Shown here: positions 48,640 to 61,800 of the stretch, in pieces
How positions within the stretch are numbered: position 1 is the first letter of the stretch
Layout: each line of letters opens with the position of its first letter
Assembly (NCBI RefSeq): GCF_964355755.1
Contig: NC_092670.1
Span: 23,050,795 to 23,114,794, forward strand
Direction: 5' to 3'
DNA length: 64,000 bases
Source: Antedon mediterranea
Lineage: Eukaryota > Animalia > Echinodermata
The notes under the pieces: generated by a model
Told to the model about the DNA's origin: nothing
The model's input: the letters and a program-made list of their open reading frames with translations, nothing else
Databases searched by the model: none
Translations under genes and position numbers: made by a program

Positions 48640-49418
48640 AATAGTGTGTGCGAAAGACGCAATTATACAATTTTGAAATGATCAAAATGACCTCAAATGT
48701 ACGTGAAATTGATTAGAAAAGAATTTTGCGAATTTTGAAATTTCAAATACGCGTAATCGCGTATTGTTTTTGCGTAGCACGTCATTTTTATAATGTCAAA
48801 AGTTGGTCCATATTATGAAATACACTTTCATAAATTTTCATTGATAAAATACATTTTTTTTTTCAGAATTATGAGCAACCATAACATTTCATTAAATCGC
48901 GCGTAACTTGCACTGCGCAACTCTAACGCCATATAACGAAGTTTTTTGCACATATCTATAGCTACTGGTTAATCTTATGACAAAGTTATACAATCTTATG
49001 TTGACCAGAATTAGAGATACGCTGCGAACAATCTTTTTTCTTTTTTGTGTCTAAGTATATACACTATATTGTATACATACGGTACTACATACAGGGCAGA
49101 CTAGGTGAAAATAACGGAAACCGCCATTTATTTCAATTTTTGACATGATGACGTCATCATAATGAAACGCGTAGATAGTAATTTTGGAAAGGAATTATCT
49201 GAGCAACAACATATCAACGTGTTGAAGAAATTTGGATACGTAAAGTATGGATGCGCGCTCTTTAAATGTCATGAACTATGACGCAAAATATGAAAATACG
49301 ACCTTTATAATTCAACTGGCCATATCACGTCACACAACATGCGATGCGCATAATTTTTACATGAATTCGTATCTACAATTCAACAGCTTCCAGAAACTTT
49401 TTAATCACGAGTATCATG
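48640..49418 (-). repeat. Decayed, rearranged fragments of the terminal core unit
   Basis: Degenerate versions of core motifs (cgcgcgtaacttgcactgcgcaactc, gacaaagttatacaatc, gaattagagatacgctgcg, acatgatgacgtca). Similar remnants at 4340-4735 after copy 1. Confidence 0.7.
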
Positions 49419-50516
49419 GCAAACGCCACGTGCACGTCATACGTTAGAATATTGCTCACAGTATAATGATTATACCATTGAAAAAATGTTAGTGCGCCCT
49501 CTATTTTGTGTCACGTCTGAGTATAATACGGTATACACTACTGTATACGTACTACATACAGTGCAGAATAGGTGAAAAGAAGTGACCAAAGTTATTGACG
49601 CTTTTGAACATGATGACGTCATAACAATTTTAAAAATGGTAAATCATGCGAAAGATAATTGATTGAACTAGACAATATAAACCAATGGAGGGAAGTGGAA
49701 TATGGATAAGTGGAGATGCGCTCTATTAAATGTGACGAGCTATGACGAAAGAGACAAAAATCCTATATTTAATATTCGAGTGGCCATACGATGACGTCAC
49801 TATGTCATGTTAGCCATATCGATGCATGATTCGATATCTACAACTCATCAACTTCCAGAATGTGTAATTTAAAAGAACTTCACCTCGTAGTTTACAATCT
49901 ATGACTGTTTTAAAAAAGGCATAATTTTGACGAATTTTTCAACTTTTTCTTAAAAAATGCGCGCAAATTGTTCAATTCTACGTACTCGTATGACGTGATT
50001 TTAAGTCGAAATTGATTGAAAATTGGTAAATTTACTAGAAAAGGCTGAAAAAACAAAAATTAAGCAAAAAAAACATGTTTTTGCGCTACGTGCGCAAGCG
50101 CGCGTAAAAAAAATGCGCACGCGTGGGAATTTTTTAAATGCTCAAAATGCCCTGAAACGCATAGAAAGTTGATTAGAAATGGATATTTCGCAATTTGAAA
50201 TTTTAAACGCGCGTGCGCGCGTAACTTTATGTCAAACATGCCATTTTTAATCCATAGAAAGTTTGCCCTTGATATGACTTAAATTTTCACCAAGTGTCAT
50301 TACAAAATGACTGTTGCTTTTTAGTATATGTTAAATACGCGAAATTCATAAAATCGCGCATAGCTTACGTTGCGCGACCCTAAAGAAAAAAAACGAGCTG
50401 TCCTGCACTTCTACACATAGAGGTAAATCTTCTGACAAAGTTATACAATGTAATGTTGATCAGAATTTGAGATACACGTGACACAAAATTTTGGGAAAGA
50501 AAGAAGAATAACATAG

Positions 50517-50554
<38 letters not shown>

Positions 50555-53500
50555 TCCTGACAATAACAAGAGGTTATCCGCCAAGAGCGGATAACCAACT
50601 AGATTTGAACTCGTCACTACGGACGAGTTAGGTTATCCGCAGTGCAAAAGCCACGTGCACGTCATACGTTAGAATAGTGCGCGCAAAAAAATAAAACGAT
50701 TATGGCATTGAAAAATGTTAGTGCGCTCTCTATGTTGCGTCGCGTCTAAGTATATACGGTATAACACTATATACTGTATACGTACTACATACAGTGCAGA
50801 ATAGGTGAAAATAAGTGACCAAAGTTATTGACGCATTTGAACATGATGACGTCATCACAATTTTTAAAATGGTGGATCATGCGAAAGATAATTGATTGAT
50901 CTAGACAATATAAAAAAATTGAGTGAAATGGAATAAGGATAAGTAGAGATGCGCTCTATTAAAATGACGAGCTATGACGAAAGAGAAAAAAATCCTATAT
51001 TTTATATTCGGGTGGCCATACGATGACGTCACAATGTCTGGTTAGCCATATCAATGCATGATTCGAGAAAAACAACCCATCTACTTCCAGAATATGTAAT
51101 TTTAAAAAAGTTCACCACGTAGTTTAGAATTTATGACTGTTTAAAAAAAGGTCTAATTTTGACGATTTTTTGAAGTTTTTCATCAAAAACACGCGCAAAT
51201 TATCCGATTCTACGTGCTCGTGTGACGTGATTTTAAGTCGAAATTGATTGAAAATTCATAAATTTACTAGAAAAGGCTGAAAAAACAAAAATCAAGCAAA
51301 AAAAAGATGTTTTTGCGCTACGTGCGCACGCGCGCGTAAAAAAATGCGCACGCGTGGGAATTTTTGAAATGCTCAAAATGACCTAAAACGCATAGAAAGT
51401 TGATTAGAAATGGATTTTTCGCAATTTGAAATTTTAAACGCGCATGCGCGCGTAACTTTTTGTGCAACCTGCCATTTTTAATCCATAGAAAGTTTGCACC
51501 TAATATAACTTAAATTTTCACCAAGTTTCAATACAAAATGACTTTTGGTTTTTAATCTATGATCAATCATTGAAATTCATAAAATCGCGCGTAACTTACG
51601 CTGCGCGACTCAAAATTCATAAAAAAAAGTTTCATGCACATCTACAGCTACAGGGCAATCTTTTGACAAATTTATACAATCATATGTTGGCCAGAATTAG
51701 AGATACGCTGCCAACAAAAAATTGGAAAGAAGTGTGTAAAGAAAGAAAAAAATACTAGATTTGAACTCGTCACTGCGGACGAGTTAGGTTATCCGCAGTC
51801 CTAAAGCCACGTGCACGTCATACGTTGGAATATTGCGCGCAGAAAAACGATTATGCCATTGAAAAAATGTGAGTGCGCTCTCTATTTTGTGTCACGTCAA
51901 AGTATATACGGTATACACTATATACCGTATACGTACTACATACAGTTCAGAATAGGTGAAAATAAGTGACCAAAGTTTTTGACGCTTTTGCACATGATGA
52001 CGTCATAACAATTTTTAAAATGGTGAATCATGCGAAAGATAATTGATTGACATAGACAATATAAAGAAATGGAGGGCAATGGAATACGGATAAGTGGAGA
52101 TGCGCTCTATTAAATGTGATGAGCTATACGAAAGAGAAAAAAATCCTAAATTTTATATTCGAGTGGCCATAGGATGACGTCACAATGTCCTGATAGCCAT
52201 ATTGATACATGATTCGATATCTACAACTCATCTACTACCAGAATATGTAATTATAAAAAAGTTTACCACGTAATTTAGAATCTATGACTGTTTAAAAAAA
52301 GGCATAATTTCGACAAATTTTTGGACTTTTTCATCAAAATTGCGCGCAAATTGTTTAATTCTACGTGCTCGTATGACGAGATTTAAAGTCGAAATTGATT
52401 GAAAATTGGTAAATTTACTAGAAAATGCTGAAAAAACAAAAATCAAGAAAAAAAAAGATGTTTTTGCGCTAAGTGCGCACGCGCGCGTAAAAAAATTGCG
52501 CACGCTTGGGAATTTTTGAAATGCTAAAAATGACCTGAAACGCGTAGAAAGTTGATTAGAAATTGATTTTACGCATTTTGAAATTTTAAACTCGCGTGCA
52601 CGCGTAACTTTATGTGAAACATGCCATTTTTAATCCATAGAAAGTTTGCGCATGATGTGACTTAAATTTTCACCAAGTTTCAATACAAAATGACTTTTAG
52701 TTTTTATTCTATGATCAATCATTGAAATTCATAAAATCGCGCGTAACTTACGCTGCGCGACTCAAAATTCATAAAAAAAAGTTTCTTGCACATCTCCAGC
52801 TACAGGGCTATCTTTTGACAAAGTTATACAATCATATGTTGGCCAGAATTAGAGATACGCTGCGAACAAAAAATGGGGGACAAGTATGTAAGGAAAGAAA
52901 TAAATACTAGACTTGAACTCGTCACTTCGGACGAGTTAGGTTATCCGCAGCGCAAAGGCCACGTGCACGTCATACGTTAGAATATTGCGCGCAGAAAAAC
53001 GATTATGCCATTGAAAAAATGTTAGTGCGCTCTCTATTTTGTGTCACGTCAAAGTATATACGGTATACGCTATATTCTGTATACGTACTACATACAGTGC
53101 AGAATAGGTGAAAATAAGGGACCCAAGTTATTGACGCTTTTAGACATGATGACGTCATCACAATTTAAAAAATGGTAGATTATGCGAAAGATAATTGATT
53201 GGTCTAGACAATATAACAAAATGGGGGGAAATGGAATACGGATAAGTGGAGATGCGCTCTATTAAATGTGATGCGCTATGACGAAAGAGACAAAAACCCT
53301 ATATTTGATATTCGAGTGGCCATACGATGACGTCACAATGTCCGGTTAGCCATATCGATGCATGATTTGATTTCTACAACTCATCTACTTCCAGAATCTG
53401 AAATTTTAAAAAAGTTCACCACGGAGTTTAGAATCTATGACTGTTTTAAGAAAGGCATAATTTTGACAAATTTTTGAACTTTTTCATCAAAAACGCGTGC

Positions 53501-56486
53501 AAATTGTTCAATTCTACGTGCTCGTATGACGTGATTTTTAAGTCGAAATTGATTGAAAATTGGTAAATTTACTAGAAAAGGCTGAAAAAACAAAAATCAA
53601 GCAAAAAAAAGATGTTTCTGCGCTACGTGCGCACGCGCGCGTAAAAAATTTGCGCATGCGTTGGAATTTTTGAAATGCTTAAAATGACCTGAAACGCGTA
53701 GAAAGTTGATTAGAAATTGATTTTACGCATTTTGAAATTTTAAACGCGCGTGCGCGCGTAACTTTACGGAAAAGTGCGATTTCCAATCCATAGAAAGTTA
53801 GCGCATGATATAAACTACACTTTTGCCAAGTTTCAATTAAAATTGCTTTTTGGTTTTTGATCTATGTTAAATACGCGAAAATCACAAAAACGCGCGTAAC
53901 TTACGCTGCGCGACTATAAAGTCAAAAAACGAAACGTCCTGCACATCTACAGCTACAGGTCAATCTTATGAAAAAGTTACACAATCTTTTGTTTGCCAGA
54001 ATTTGAGATACGCTGCCAACAAAATTCCGGGAAAGAAAGAAGAATAACATAGAAAAAAAAAAAAAAAAAAAAAAAAAAAGATCCTGACAATAACAAGGGG
54101 TTATCCGCCAAGTGCGGATAACCAACTAGATTTGAACTCGTCACTACGGACGAGTTAGGTTATCCGCAGAGCAAACGCCACGCGCACGTCATACGTTAGA
54201 ATATTGCGCAGAGAAAACCATTATGCCATTGAAAAAATGTTAGTGCGCTCTCTATTTTACGTCACGTCTAAGTATACACAGTATACACTATATATTGTAT
54301 ACGTACTACATACAGTGAAGAATATGTGAAAATAAGTGGCCCAAGTTATTGACGCTTTTGGACATGATGACGTCATCACAATTTTTAAAACGGTATATCA
54401 TGCGAAAGATAATTGATTGGCATAGACAATATAAAAAAATGGGGGGAAATAGAATTAGGATAAGTGGAGATGCGCTCTATTAAATGTGATGAGCTATGAC
54501 GAAAGAGACAAAAATCCTATATTTTATATTTGAGTGGCCATACGATGACGTCACTATGTCCTGTTAGCCATATCGATGCATGATTCGATATCTACAACTC
54601 ATCAACTTCCAGAATGTGTAATTTAAAAAAAGTTCACCTTGTAGTTTACAATCTATGACTGTTTTAAAAAAGGCATAATTTTCATGAATTTTTTAACTTT
54701 TTCATCAAAAACGCGCGTAAATTGTTCAATTCTACGTGCTCGTATGACGTGATTTTAAGTCGAAATTGTTTGAAAGTTGGTAAATTTACTAAAAAAGACA
54801 GGAAAAACAAAAATCAAGCAAAAAAAAGATGTTTTTGCGCTACGTGCGCACGCGCGCGTAAAAAATTTGCGCACGCGTGGGAATTTTTGAAATGCTCAAA
54901 ATGACCTGAAACGCGTAGAAAGTTGATTAGAATTTGATTTTTTGCCTTTTGAAATTTTAAACGCGCGTGCGCGCGTAACTTTTTAGAAAAGTGCCATTTT
55001 AAATCCATAGAAAGTTAGCGCATGATATAAATAACACTTTTGCCAAGTTTCAATTAAAATTGCTTTTTGGTTTTCAATCTATGTTAAATACGCAAAATTC
55101 ACAAAATCGCGCGTAACTTACGCTGCGCGACTCTAAAGTCAAAAAACGAAACGTCCTGCACATCTACAGCTACAGGTCAATCTTATGAAAAAGTTACACA
55201 ATCTTCTGTTTGCCAGAATTAGAGATACGCTGCCAACAAAATTCAGGGAAAGAAAGAAGAATAACATAGAAAAAAAAAAAAAAAAAAAAAAAAGATCCTG
55301 ACAATAACAAGAGGTTATCCGCCAAGTGCGGATAACCAACTAGATTTGAACTCGTCACTACGGACGAGTTAGGTTATCCGCAGCGCAAAAGCCACGTGCA
55401 CGTCATACGTTGGAATATTGCGCGCAGAAAAACGATTATGCCATTGAAAAGAATGTTAGTGCGCCCTCTATTTTGCGTCACGTCTGAGTATATACGGTAT
55501 ACACTATAATACTGTATACGTACTACATACAGTGCAGAATAGGTGAAAAGAAGTGACCAAAGTTATTGACGCTTTTGAACATGATGACGTCATAACAATT
55601 TTAAAAATTGTAAATCATGCGAAAGATAATTGATTGACCTAGACAAAATAAAAAAATTGAGGGAAATTGAATACGGATAAGTGGAGATGCGCTCTATTAA
55701 ATGTGACGAGCTATGACGAAAGAGACAAAAATCCTATATTTCATATTCGAGTGGCCAAACGATGACGTCACAATGTCCGGTTAGCCATATCAATGCATGA
55801 TTCGATATCTACAACTCATTATCTTCCAGAATGTGTAATTTAAAAAAAGTTCTCCTCGTAGTTTACAATCTATGACTGTTTTAAAAAAGGCATAATTTTG
55901 ACGAATTTTTGAACTTTTTCTTAAAAAACGCGCGCAAATTGTTCAATTCTACGTGCTCGTATGACGTGATTTTAACTCAAAATTGATTGAAAATTGGTAA
56001 ATTTACTAGAAAAAGCTGAAAAAACAAAAATCAAGCAGAAAAAAGATGTTTTTGCGTTACGTGCGCACGCGCGCGTAAAAAAATGACGCACGCGTGGGAA
56101 TTTTTGAAATTCTCAAAATTACCTGAAACGCGTAGAAAGTTGATTAGAAATTGAATTTTCGCATTTTGAAATTTTAAACGCACGTGCGCGCGTAACTTTT
56201 TGGAAAAGTGCCATTTTAAATCCATAGAAAGTTAGCGCATAATATAAATTAGACTTTTGCCAAGTTTCAATTAAAATTGCTTTTTGGTTTTCAATCTATG
56301 TTAAATAGGCAAAATTCACAAAATCGCGCGTAACTTACGCTGCGCGACTCTAAAGTCAAAAAACGAAACGTCCTGCACATCTACAGCTACAGGTCAATCT
56401 TATGAAAAAGTTACACAATCTTCTGTTTGCCAGAATTAGAGATACGCTGCCAACAAAATTCAGGGAAAGAAAGAAGAATAACATAG

Positions 56487-56521
<35 letters not shown>

Positions 56522-56800
56522 TCCTGACAATAACAAGGGGTTATCCGCCAAGAGCGGATAACCAACTAGATTTGAACTCGTCACTTTGACGAGTTCGGGT
56601 TATCCGCGCAAACGTAACATGCACCACATACATTATATGAACGCCGACAAGTATTATGCCATCCTATGACATGAATTAAATATGTTTACAGTGTTGAATT
56701 GTACCTATTTTGTGTCATCAAGCATAATGGTACTATTTACGGAATACTCTCTATGTTATACAGTGTGGCAAAGATGACATTACGAGACCCATTTATATAG
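49419..56800 (-). repeat. Array 2 of ~1.15-1.2 kb non-autonomous Helentron units
   Basis: CTAG junctions at 50599, 51755, 52907, 54126, 55340 and 56566. Order on the plus strand: A (no CTAG end), B, B, A, A, A, then a type-C start truncated at ~56800. Confidence 0.9.
50553..50598 (-). other. Helentron 5' terminus (representative copy): TT + subterminal IR forming a hairpin, followed by a T-tract
   Basis: Minus strand TT-GGTTATCCGC-tcttg-GCGGATAACC-tcttgttattgtcaggatc-(T)n. GGTTATCCGC is the inverse of GCGGATAACC next to the 3' hairpin (asymmetric TIR). Confidence 0.8.
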
Positions 56801-56809
56801 AAATATCAA

Positions 56810-58293
56810 AGGTGTTACGACGTAAGTTCACCGATCATAGGTCATGACAGAGCCCCCGACGGCATGTTATTTTTCCAGCTTAATATCCGTCCATTAATAA
56901 TTAAAGTGAACATTTACGCGAAAAATATACAGTTATCTTCTTAACGCTAGAAACATTTATCAATTTTAACAAGACATGTCTCATGTAAAACTACAGATTG
57001 TCGGAACCAAAGTAAGATTTATTATAACAACAAGTTTAAAAAAAATCGTTCTTTTTTATAGTTTTGTTGATTTTATTTTATTCTGTCTAGCCCTACTATT
57101 ATAGATAGAGATAATATGGCTACTTTTAATACGTGGTTAAAATAAACTTTAAACAGAAGGCTTCTTCAAAAATGGAAATGGTTTTCGGGGTTTCGAATCT
57201 TTAATTTGCTTATAGCCTAACATTAGTTGACCAATGGCAAGCGGCAGTCCGAATAATTCACTGCTTGTGATTGGTCAAATCAGGGAAGAGTTAAATTCCC
57301 TGGTCAAATAGCTAGCGTTGTGCGCCTAAGATAACATCATTGCATTGGATGCCGTCTCATGTTGCGTGTACACGTCCTTGCGATGCGTCCTAGTGGGCAC
57401 CAACCTCAGGTTGGGTTCTGGCTTGAATTTCCACTTTCTTACGTTTCCCTGATCTTCTCACTTTGTTATTCTGCGCTTTACAAATACAAAGTTGTACATA
57501 TAATATAGGTATTTTTCAAGGCATCAGCCACTGATACCCACAGCATTGCCATTATTTTCATTAATTTGCCTATTTGTTTTATATTCTGATTCCAGGAATA
57601 AAATGAACTTTTCCATTAGAAAAAATAAACATTCCAAATAATAAACTTTAGGCCTAAGCCTGAAATATTAGATAATTCGTTATGTTTTACCGTGCATAGG
57701 CACAAACCTCTATGCTTGTAGACTCCTAACACTCTATTATCATGTGTTACAACATATTCATTAATGTATAATTCGGTATACTTTAAAATTGTAGGATATG
57801 CTTCCAACTTTTCTGGGTGATGTCACCTGTGACACGTGGACACATTAAACACGTTTACGAGAGAAATATACGACAGTTGGAAACAAGAACTTTACACAGA
57901 ACGGCAGTTATGAGATATATTGTTTGGAATGTAATTACCAACATTTTACACGGATTATAGCACGTTCCCAGCTCCAATGGACATAACCTTAGAATACCTG
58001 TCAACATATATTGTATACGGTTCATCAGACCTTTAGTTTGCAGTCAAATGAAATACGGAACATTACGTGTCTGCAGCTTGTAAATTGTAACAAAGAATAG
58101 CAACAAAGAAAGTCCTAAAATAAAACCCACTCTGCGGCGTGATTGAAGTTAAATCTGAGAGATTGAAAATGGACTTAATACGACTAATTATATCTCAACA
58201 AAGATTGGGAATTAATGAATAAGATTTATCATGACCTTACTATCGTTTTTGTTAGCTAATAAGTAATATTGTGAAATCATAATGTCCTCCTTT
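56810..58293. other. Non-array sequence: host flank and/or an unrelated non-autonomous DNA element
   Basis: No similarity to the rest of the window. Contains an imperfect CCAAT inverted repeat at 57227-57278. Ends cataatgtcctcct-TTAA at ~58293, reminiscent of TTAA-flanked element ends, but no convincing partner end. Confidence 0.3.
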
Positions 58294-58509
58294 AAAAACA
58301 ATGTTCCTAATACTAAAAGAAAGAGTGTGTTTAGGACGTATTGTAGGCCTAGGTGACAGACACACACTACAGCCATGCGAGAGAAAGGTAGACAGACCGA
58401 ATGGAACGGAGAGAGGAACAGTAGATAAGAAAATAAAACTTATTACCAGACATAGAACAGCGGAGACTTGCCCAGGAAAGAGGGAACTGGCATTCAGTTG
58501 TGGATGATC

Positions 58510-58819
58510 AATGGTAACACCAACATGACACCGGGAATAATGACAGTAAAATACTGACACCGATAATAACAAAATTAGCCTACATTGATACCGATAATGA
58601 TAACAATCTACCAACGATATTGATGACATTAAACTGATAGATAACAAACATACACTGGCACTGATAATGATAACTAAATACCGTACTGACAATAATGATA
58701 ACATTATAAAATATTGACACCAATAATGATAACATTATAAAATACTGACACCAATAATGATAACATTATCACTGACACCAATAATGATAACAGTATCACT
58801 GACACTAATAATGATAACA
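58510..58819 (+). repeat. Minisatellite, ~21-30-bp unit (actgacaccaataatgataacattat)
   Basis: Increasingly regular copies running up to the CTAG junction at 58820. Confidence 0.85.
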
Positions 58820-61800
58820 CTAGATTTGAACTCGTCACTACGGACGAGTTAGGTTATCCGCAGCGCAAAAGCCACGTGCACGTCGTACGTTAGAATATTG
58901 CACGCAGATAAACGATGATGCCATTGAAACAATTTCAGTTTTCTCTCTATTTTGCGCCACGTCTAAGTATATACGGTATACACTATATTATACTCTATAC
59001 GTACTACATACAGTGCAGAATAGGTGAAAATAAGTGACCAAAGTTATTGACGCTTTTGGACATGATGACGTCATCACAATTTTTAAACTAATGAATCATG
59101 CGAAAGATAATTGATTGACTTAGACAATATAAAGAAATGGAGGGCAATGGAATACGGATAAGTGGAGATGCGCTCTATTAAATGTGATGAGCTATACGAA
59201 AGAGAAAAAAATTCTATATTTTATATTTGAGTGGCCATACAATGACGTCACAATGTCCAATTAGCTATATTGATGCATGATTCGATATCTACAACTCATC
59301 TACTTCCACAATATGTAATTTAAAAAAAGTTCACCACGTAGTTTAGAATCTATGACTTTTTAAAAAAAGGCATAATTTTCATGAATTTTTGAACTTTTTC
59401 ACCAAAAACGCGCGCAAATTGTTCAATTCTACGTGCTCGTATGAAGTGATTTTAAGTCAAAATCCATTGAAAATTGGTAAATTTACTAGAAAAGGCTGAA
59501 AAAACGAAAATCAAGCAAAAAAAATATGTTTTTGCGCTACGTGCGCACGCGCGCGTAAAAAAATGCGCGCTGGTGGGAATTTTTGAAATGCTCAAAATGA
59601 CCTGAAACGCGTAGAAAGTTGATTAGAAATTGATTTTTCGCAATTTGAAATTTTAAACGCCCGTGCGCGCGTAACTTTTTGCGCAACCTGCCATTTTTAA
59701 TCTACAGAAAGTTTGCGATTTATATGACTTACATTTTCACCAAGTTTCAATACAAAATGACTTTTGGTTTTTAATCTATGATCAATAATTGAAATTCATA
59801 AAATCGCGCGTAACTTACGCTGCGCGATTCGAAATTTGAAAAAAAAAGTTTCTTGCACATCTACAGATATAGGGCAATCTTTTGAAAAAGTTATACAATC
59901 TTCTGTTGGCTAGAATTAGAGATACGCTGCCCACAAAAAATGGGAGAGAAGTGTGGAAAGAAAGAAATAAATACTAGATTTGAACTCGTCACTACGGACG
60001 AGTTAGGTTATCCGCAGCGCAAAGGCCACGTGCACGTCATACGTTAAAACATTGCGCGCAGAAAAACGATTAAGTAATTGAAACAATTTCAGCGTGCTCT
60101 TTATTTTTCGTCACGTCTGAGTATATACGGTATACACTATATACTGTATACGTACTACATACAGTGCAGAATAGGTGAAAATAAGTGACCAAAGTTATTG
60201 ACGCTTTTGAACATGATGACGTCATCACAATTTTTTAAATGGTGAATCGTGCGAAAGATAATTGATAGACCTAGACAACATAAAAAAAATGGGGAGAAAT
60301 GGAATACAAATAAGTGGAGATGCGCTATATTAAATGTGACGAGCTACGAGGAAAGAGAAAAAAATCCTATATTTTATATTCGAGTGGCCATGTGATGACG
60401 TCACATTGTCCGGTTAGCCATATTGATGCATGATTTGATATCTGCAACTCATCTACTACCAGAATATGTAATTATAAAAAAGTTCACCACGTAGTTTAGA
60501 ATTTATGACTGTTTAAAAAAAGGCATAATTTTGACTAATTTTTGAACTTTTTCATCAAAAATGCGCGTAAATTGTTTAATTCTACGTGCTCGTATGACGT
60601 GATTTTCAGTCGAAATTGTTTGAAAATTGGTAAATTTTCTAAAAAAGACATGAAAAACAAAAATCAAGCAAAAAAATGATGTTTTTGCGCTACGTGCGCA
60701 CGTGCGCGTAAAAAATTGCGCACGCGTGGGAATTTTTGAAATGCTTAAAATGACATGAAACGCGTAGAAAGTTGATTAGATATTGATTTTTCGCATTTTG
60801 AAATTTTAAACGCGCATGCGCACGTAACTTTTTGTAAAACATGCCATTTTTAATCCATAGAAAGTTTGCGCATTATATGACTTAAATTTTCACCAAGTTT
60901 CAATACAAAATGAATTTTATTTTTTAATCTATGATCAATAATTGAAATTCATAAAATCACGCGTAACTTACGCTGCGCGACTCGAAATTTGAAAAAAAAA
61001 GTTTCTTGCACATCTACAGATATAGGGCAATCTTTTGACAAAGTTATACAATCTTCTGTTGGCTAGAATTAGAGATACGCTGCCCACAAAAAATGGGAGA
61101 GAAGTGTGTAAAGAAAGAAATAAATACTAGATTTGAACTCGTCACTACGGACGAGTTAGGTTATCCGCAGCGCAAAGGCCACGTGCACGTCATACATTAA
61201 AATATTGCGCGCAGAAAAACGATTAAGTCATTGAAACAATTTCAGTGTGCTCTTTATTTTTCGTCACGTCTGAGTATATACGGTATACACTATATACTGT
61301 ATACGTAGGCCTACTACATACAGTGCAGAAAAGGTGAAAATAAGTGACCAAAGTTATTGACGCTTTTGAACATGATGACGTCATCACAATTTTGAAAATG
61401 GTGAATCGTGCGAAAGATAATTGATAGACCTAGACAACATAAAAAATGGGGGGAAATGGAATACAAATAAGTGGAGATGCGCTATATTAAATGTGATGAA
61501 CTACGAGGAAAGAGACAAAAATCCTATATTTTATATTCGAGTGGCCATACGATGACGTCACAATGTCCGGTTAGCCATATTGATGCATGATTTGATATCT
61601 GCAACTCATCTACTACCAGAATATGTAATTATAAAAAAGTTCACCACGTAGTTTAGAATCTATGACTATTTAAAAAAAGGCATAATTTTGACAAATTTTT
61701 GAACTTTTTCATCAAAAATGCGCGTAAATTGTTTAATTCTACGTGCTCGTATGACGTGATTTTAAGTCGAAATTGTTTGAAAGCTGGTAAATTTTCTAAA

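Larger units (their letters stand above)
13498..50598 (-). mobile_element. Putative full-length ~37-kb autonomous Helentron (Helitron2/HLE2) carrying RepHel-EN and an OB-fold gene
   Basis: These are the nearest intact termini around RepHel. Minus-strand 5' end TT-GGTTATCCGC hairpin at 50598; its unit 49419-50598 has no CTAG end. Minus-strand 3' end GCGGATAACC-hairpin-CAAATCTAG at 13498; its unit has no 5' end. No intact terminus seen in between. The true ends could extend to neighbouring array termini. Confidence 0.7.

Noticed and set aside
58252-58704. 150-aa minus-strand ORF and 68-aa plus-strand ORF
   Set aside because: Largely translated minisatellite or low-complexity sequence with no motif.
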